DNA of 64,000 nucleotides from an uncultured Candidatus Saccharibacteria bacterium (GTDB lineage Bacteria > Patescibacteriota > Minisyncoccia > Phycocordibacterales > DATDWN01), in assembly GCA_964468795.1 (NCBI GenBank), contig CAYXWL010000001.1:147587-211586 (forward strand). Reading direction: 5' to 3'. Positions within the stretch are counted from its first letter, which is position 1. Every line of letters starts with the position of its first letter. The notes under the pieces were generated by a model, which searched no databases, was not told the DNA's origin, and saw nothing but the letters and a program-made list of their open reading frames with translations. The translations under genes were made by a program, and so were the position numbers. This document shows positions 59,419 through 64,000 of the stretch, one piece after another.

Positions 59419-60297
59419 TACTGACATTCTTTTCAATTCGGCTATTCTCTGCTCGATAGGTGGATGGGTCATAAATAAGCCTTTCCAAGAAGTCCCTTTG
59501 AAGGGGTTCTCAATCCACATATGTGCAGTTGATGATTTTGCCGATAGCATAGGCGTATTATCATTTTTAATTTTTTCCAAAGCAGAAATAAGCCCTGCAT
59601 TGTTATGTGCCAGTTCCACTCCAGAGACATCGGCCAGAGATTCTCTTTTGCGAGATATTGCTAGTTGAATAAGCATTGTTCCGATGGGAGCTAAAATAGA
59701 CAAAATGATTCCAAATATAAAAATCATTCCTCCATTTTCATCTCTTCTGTTACCACCAAACATTTGAGATCTCAAAAATATATCAGCAACCAATGTAACC
59801 ACCCCAGCAAGCACTGCTGCTACTGTTGATACCAATATGTCTCTGTTTTTAACATGAGAAAGTTCATGGGCCAAAACACCCTCGAGCTCTTTTTCTCCCA
59901 GCTTTTGCAAAGCACCTTCTGTAACTGCGACCGCTGCATTGTTGGGATTCCTTCCTGTAGCAAAAGCATTTATCTGCATTTCTGGTGTTATGTATAGCCG
60001 TGGCATTGGCATTTTTGCCACTTGAGAAAGCCTGGAAACCATATCAAAAAGCATGGCATTATCTTCCCTTTTTATTTGCTTTGCCTTAGCCATGCTTAGA
60101 GCTATGCTGGCAGACATGAAATAGCTTATGAAAGAATAGGCTATGCTGAATATAACTGCATACAAAAGAAAGCTAGGATCTCCGTAAACCTGCGAAATTA
60201 TCCACCCTAAACCGCATACGATGAGAAAAAATATTCCGAACAGCACCCATGTATGCCTGATATTCTGCTTTCCGTAATCTCCTGGTCTTATTGCCAT
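59416..60297 (-). CDS. htpX: M48 zinc metalloprotease HtpX
   Basis: HELSHV zinc motif, 4 TM topology. Confidence 0.85.
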   Translation of the reverse strand: MAIRPGDYGKQNIRHTWVLFGIFFLIVCGLGWIISQVYGDPSFLLYAVIFSIAYSFISYFMSASIALSMAKAKQIKREDNAMLFDMVSRLSQVAKMPMPRLYITPEMQINAFATGRNPNNAAVAVTEGALQKLGEKELEGVLAHELSHVKNRDILVSTVAAVLAGVVTLVADIFLRSQMFGGNRRDENGGMIFIFGIILSILAPIGTMLIQLAISRKRESLADVSGVELAHNNAGLISALEKIKNDNTPMLSAKSSTAHMWIENPFKGTSWKGLFMTHPPIEQRIAELKRMSV

Positions 60298-60334
60298 AAT
60301 ATTTACTTATATTACATACGAGATGAATATTTAA

Positions 60335-60835
60335 TTACATTTTCCTTGAGTCGTATGCCCAGTGGAGCAGAGCTTGTCTTTGTTTTGTATGGCAGGAATA
60401 ATCGCCAACTCTACAGTTTTTATGGATTTGAGCAATATGCCTTGTCATAGCTTTCCATCTTTTTATCTGCCTTTTATCTTCTTCCGGCAACCTTCTACCC
60501 ATGTAGTACCGACAATACCACTGAAACCATCCTCTAGGATCATCCTTGTATATCCACCCTTTTTTCCTCCAGACAGATAAGGGTTGTGAGGCATTGACGC
60601 CAAAAAAATTCAATTTTGGATCATGCTTTTCCTTGCACAGTTTCGCCTCTTTATACCAATCCTTTGGAAATTCTTTATCGCAGTCAGTCATATATTTTCC
60701 TCCAAACGCTCCGAGCTTTAGTATTTCTTTTGGGGTTAAATCCGGCTTGAATTCTGGATCAAAATTTTTTCCCACAGGCTCAGTACATTCATACGTATAG
60801 CCCTTCTGCATTTTATCGTTTACCACTATTTTCAT
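60335..60835 (-). CDS. hypothetical aromatic-rich protein (unclassified)
   Basis: 166 aa with W/Y/R-rich core (…GWFQWYCRYYMGRR…); no family recognised. Confidence 0.4.
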   Translation of the reverse strand: MKIVVNDKMQKGYTYECTEPVGKNFDPEFKPDLTPKEILKLGAFGGKYMTDCDKEFPKDWYKEAKLCKEKHDPKLNFFGVNASQPLSVWRKKGWIYKDDPRGWFQWYCRYYMGRRLPEEDKRQIKRWKAMTRHIAQIHKNCRVGDYSCHTKQRQALLHWAYDSRKM

Positions 60836-60850
60836 AACATTATTAGTATA

Positions 60851-60872
60851 GCAAAAAACCGCTTTCGCGGTT
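60851..60872 (-). terminator. terminator hairpin
   Basis: aaaccgc-tttc-gcggttt with a U-run on the minus strand. Confidence 0.45.
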
Positions 60873-60922
60873 TAAGCATTTTACGTCATAAGGACATTAT
60901 AATGTGACCAAAAAATTTAAAA

Positions 60923-61411
60923 TTAATTAGATGGCGGATAGCCTGCAAAGCTAGTTATAAGCCAAGCGTTGTTTCTGCTTTCAAGAACGATATTTACCGG
61001 ATAAGAACCGGAATTGGATCCGGGCTGATCAGTGCTAGAAGTTTCTATCACCCTGCCATTTACTGCATACTCATCATTATTTTTTTTAACAACGGAATAT
61101 ATTTCTATTCTGTCTGGCGACGGACTCGATGTAAGTCTGCCTGGTGAATGCATAGGATCATTTTTCCACTTTGCAAGGAGTTCCGGAGCCACAAAAGAAG
61201 CATAGCTCTCATCCATAGTCTTTGAAACTGTTGTTGTTGGCGCAAGGATAGAAACCATCTTGAGACTCTCGCCAAATTGAGTGACTTGATTTCTAACAAT
61301 TGATTCTGTCTGGATATCTGACACCGGAGAATTATGTCTTGTCATGATTAACCCGGATATGCCGAGTAAGATGATAATTCCAAGAATAATATTTGATATT
61401 TTTGGATGCAT
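60923..61411 (-). CDS. secreted hypothetical protein
   Basis: N-terminal signal anchor. Confidence 0.4.
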   Translation of the reverse strand: MHPKISNIILGIIILLGISGLIMTRHNSPVSDIQTESIVRNQVTQFGESLKMVSILAPTTTVSKTMDESYASFVAPELLAKWKNDPMHSPGRLTSSPSPDRIEIYSVVKKNNDEYAVNGRVIETSSTDQPGSNSGSYPVNIVLESRNNAWLITSFAGYPPSN

Positions 61412-61450
61412 CTCTTTATTTTATTTAGTAGGCTGTGAAGCACAAGTGAA

Positions 61451-61822
61451 TTACTTTCTCCTGTGCAAGCCTATTACATTGCCTTCGCTGTCAGTTATCC
61501 ATGCTATATAGCCGTATGCTCCGAGATCTTTTTTCGGCAACACGATCTTGTTTCCCATTGTCTCTGCCTGAGATATTGTTTTGTCTATATCTGGACAAGT
61601 AAAATATATTATATTGCCCGTCTCACCAGGCTTATACCCTTGACCTTTCATAAGAGCACCTGAAATTCCTTTTACACTTGGATCATTGGGAAACCAAACC
61701 GTGTTATATCCTTCAAGATCCTCTCTTCTCATTTCAAAACCGAATAGCGATTCATAAAAAACTTTTGCTCTATCTATATCTTCAACTGGGATCTCGAACC
61801 ATCCTACTGGGTTATTGTTCAT
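61451..61822 (-). CDS. VOC/glyoxalase-family protein
   Basis: WFEIPVEDIDRAKVFY… glyoxalase-fold. Confidence 0.65.
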   Translation of the reverse strand: MNNNPVGWFEIPVEDIDRAKVFYESLFGFEMRREDLEGYNTVWFPNDPSVKGISGALMKGQGYKPGETGNIIYFTCPDIDKTISQAETMGNKIVLPKKDLGAYGYIAWITDSEGNVIGLHRRK

Positions 61823-61867
61823 GTTTATGCGGATTAACTTTCAAATAATATTAACACTGTCTTATAT

Positions 61868-62416
61868 TTATCCCGAAATTACTATTGTTTTTACAATCTT
61901 ATCAATCAGCAAATCCGGATTAAATTTTGCCTGCTCCTGCTTGCAAAGAGATTGCTCCGGCTCCTCATAATTTAGGCATTGGCTTTTGTGAACACTGAAC
62001 GCAAGGGTCACACCTTGCCCGCCGACTACTGTTTGGTAACGGTAATCTGTATATATATTTCCTGCCGCCCCTTGGGTTTGAGAAGTGATGCAATATGCCT
62101 GACCACCTATTACCCGAGCTTCCGTTACTGTAGGCAACCCAGAGGTACTAGTTGCCTCTGTTTTACACAATAGTGGTGCCCTGAAGATAGAAAGCTTTGG
62201 GGGCCAATCAACGAATCCCATGTATTTCATAGAATTTTCGTCAGAATACTTATATGAGATACCTGTTTTCTGATCTGAAAATGTAAGTTCTGTGCTGGTA
62301 GCACTAGTAGTGCCTGTCGGAATGTTTCCAACATTTTTCCGCTTACTTAGTCCGACAAGCAAAATAATAACTAATATTATAAGCAATATGATTATCCATG
62401 CGTTTTTTGATTTCAT
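61868..62416 (-). CDS. membrane-anchored hypothetical protein
   Basis: Start taken at MKSKNAWIIILLII. Confidence 0.35.
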   Translation of the reverse strand: MKSKNAWIIILLIILVIILLVGLSKRKNVGNIPTGTTSATSTELTFSDQKTGISYKYSDENSMKYMGFVDWPPKLSIFRAPLLCKTEATSTSGLPTVTEARVIGGQAYCITSQTQGAAGNIYTDYRYQTVVGGQGVTLAFSVHKSQCLNYEEPEQSLCKQEQAKFNPDLLIDKIVKTIVISG

Positions 62417-62461
62417 GGTATAAATATATACCAATTGGCGTGAGGAAGATATTAAAAACAA

Positions 62462-62833
62462 TCAACTCTCGTTTTTTCTACTGCGAAAAAGATGAAATCC
62501 TAAAATTATTGCAATTACAAGCTCAGCTCCAAAATCTGCCCAGAAAGGCACAGTTGTACCGCCATTTACAAGATAATAATAATCAACTATTGCCAAAAGA
62601 AGAGCAGTTGAACATCCGAAGATTATAATTGGACCATCAATTCTTTTTGCATACCAAGAATATAAAAGGTATGCTCCAATAGTAAAAAACAGGACACCAT
62701 TAGCCTCAGTTTTAAATGGACTTTCGAAGTTTCTTGTAAAAGCCATGAAACTAGATACATGGATAATTGCCCAAGCCCCAGTTACTGAATACAAAAGGCT
62801 TTGAACCAAGACGACTGCACGAATGATTTTCAT
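62462..62833 (-). CDS. 4-TM membrane protein (hypothetical)
   Basis: Hydropathy. Confidence 0.35.
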   Translation of the reverse strand: MKIIRAVVLVQSLLYSVTGAWAIIHVSSFMAFTRNFESPFKTEANGVLFFTIGAYLLYSWYAKRIDGPIIIFGCSTALLLAIVDYYYLVNGGTTVPFWADFGAELVIAIILGFHLFRSRKNES

Positions 62834-62881
62834 GTCTTAAATTTTATCAGCCTATCTTATGATTTATATGAACAAAACTTC

Positions 62882-63256
62882 CTATTTTTTTGCTTTTTCC
62901 TCTTTGACTCTGAATTTAATTATCTTTGTTATAAGAGGTATCGGAAGACGTGCCTCATAAGGAAACCTGATGCACCCCTTTGAAAAACTGATGCCTTTCT
63001 TGAGTAGCTCGCTTTCATATGCTTGTACTCCCGAAGGCGTCGGATAAAAGCCAAGATGCCCCTTCATTGCTGCAAAATGAATGAGATTCTTCCCTCTCAG
63101 AGTAATTGTAGGCATTCCATACGCTATTGCCTCTTCTCCTTTCGGTACAAGCTTTTTTGCAAGAGCTCTCATTTCTTTTAAATGAGGTACGTATTCCTTT
63201 GCTATATGCTTGATGTATTCGTCTATAGTCTTATATTGTTTCATATATTTCTTCAC
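62882..63256 (-). CDS. DUF1801 (YdhG-like) protein
   Basis: …YGMPTITLRGKNLIHFAAMKGHLGFYP…. Confidence 0.5.
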   Translation of the reverse strand: MKKYMKQYKTIDEYIKHIAKEYVPHLKEMRALAKKLVPKGEEAIAYGMPTITLRGKNLIHFAAMKGHLGFYPTPSGVQAYESELLKKGISFSKGCIRFPYEARLPIPLITKIIKFRVKEEKAKK

Positions 63257-63389
63257 TAGAAAGTATTAGTTACCTATTTCATTGCAGACACACACCCTCT
63301 GTTTTCGATTGGACCCCATCACAAACGATGGCTTGCTTATTTTGGAACTGATAGACATAATTATTGTGTATATAAATTATACACATAAT

Positions 63390-63965
63390 ATGAAATATTA
63401 CCTGCTTGATTTTTCTATGTGTGAAGCAAAATATTGTTTTGTTAGAGGAAATTTCAGTTTCGACACGACACTTATGAGAGGTGGTAAAGAAATTTTACCG
63501 GAAATGAAAGCAGATGGAATCGAGGTTCTTGATTACCACATAGACGAAGCCGAGGGTGGATTGGTATCTGGTGATTATTTCACCACCACTGAGAATCATC
63601 TCACGGTAAGCTCTAGGTTCGCTGACATGGTCCGCACACAATACAATACGGGAAGGTGTGAATACTTGCCCGCTCAAGTGTTAGACTCTAAGGGTAATGT
63701 GATTGTCCCTGACATGGTCGTTATAAATCCGATAGATCCAATAGAATGCTTAGACAGACAGAATTCTGAAATGGACAATGACTCAGACGATCCGATGGTA
63801 CAAGTATTTGGAAAATTTTTTCTACTCAAAAATCATATTCCTGAGGACCTAGATGTATTTCGAGTCCCCGGCTTGTTGTACTATATATTTAGTGAACGCT
63901 TAGTAAGGTCAATTAATGAACGAGGATACACCAATTTCCATTTTAAGGAAGTCCTCCTGCACTAA
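63390..63965 (+). CDS. hypothetical protein
   Basis: Start at MKYYLLDF (TATAAAT just upstream); no family recognised. Confidence 0.35.
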   Translation: MKYYLLDFSMCEAKYCFVRGNFSFDTTLMRGGKEILPEMKADGIEVLDYHIDEAEGGLVSGDYFTTTENHLTVSSRFADMVRTQYNTGRCEYLPAQVLDSKGNVIVPDMVVINPIDPIECLDRQNSEMDNDSDDPMVQVFGKFFLLKNHIPEDLDVFRVPGLLYYIFSERLVRSINERGYTNFHFKEVLLH

Positions 63966-64000
63966 AACTGTAGTGCTTCCCCTATTGACTCTATCTCATT

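Overview
This 64 kb window is AT-rich (roughly 35-40% GC by eye) and gene-dense, and most genes lack a Shine-Dalgarno sequence. Gene content (ribosomal and translation genes, a split transketolase, a reduced sugar-phosphate cluster, many small secreted or membrane proteins) is typical of a reduced-genome Patescibacteria/CPR-like bacterium. TGA is used as a stop codon, so this is the standard genetic code. Coordinates follow the printed numbering; CDS coordinates come from the ORF track, with starts adjusted where the sequence supports it. Hand-derived coordinates for tRNAs, hairpins and repeats may be off by a few nt.

Layout:
- 1-17.3 kb: housekeeping genes, mostly on the minus strand: tsf (partial), rpsB, prfA, rpmE, a coiled-coil protein with a lytic-transglycosylase-like domain, rplY, and a sugar-phosphate block (fba, a PfkB-family kinase, split transketolase tktB/tktA, rpe, rpiB, gap). 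Then nrdB-nrdA, a DUF192 protein and an RRM RNA-binding protein.
- 17.5-21.6 kb: a compositionally odd stretch. It holds GC-rich ORFs with GGAGG-type ribosome-binding sites, including a ~60% GC PEP-CTERM protein; a cyclophilin; tRNA-Gly(CCC) and tRNA-Ser(CGA); a metzincin protease; and a possible HEPN-like protein.
- 21.6-36.0 kb: a putative ~14 kb integrated element ending in tRNA-Ser(GGA) (35899..35985). A large serine recombinase gene overlaps the tRNA 3' end, with a tyrosine recombinase and an Xis-like HTH protein just upstream. A degenerate copy of the tRNA 3' end lies at 21626..21650. Cargo:
  - a six-gene nucleotide-processing operon (Ham1/RdgB ITPase, YjjX-like NTPase, a ParB/Srx-like small protein, an APH/FN3K-fold kinase, a Nudix hydrolase, a TrpF-like isomerase);
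  - a Zn-ribbon protein and a membrane-anchored protein;
  - a Type III restriction-modification mod-res pair;
  - a divergently transcribed C-protein-like HTH with a GACT...AGTC operator, followed by an unrecognisable 404-aa protein.
  This element is the best candidate for an undescribed system.
- 36-64 kb: a PhnB-like VOC protein, a GC-rich Nudix cassette, a GGDEF protein, TPM and LemA proteins, groEL/groES, secG, a family-5 solute-binding protein, RNase J, and an MFS transporter. Then a mannoside-phosphorolysis cluster (two duplicated GH130-like genes, a cupin PMI-like gene, a HAD PMM-like gene), a SAM-dependent methyltransferase, a ~375 nt GC-rich ORF-free segment (structured RNA candidate), an FAD-linked oxidase, a Thr/Gly-repeat surface protein, HtpX and several small hypothetical proteins.

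Two intergenic repeat families were found by eye. Family 1 is a TIR-bounded element (TTTTAGAGAC ... GTCTCTAAAA ends) present three times just upstream of start codons. Family 2 is a ~96 nt hairpin-containing repeat present twice in inverted orientation, flanking lemA-groEL-groES-secG. No CRISPR array and no rRNA gene were seen.
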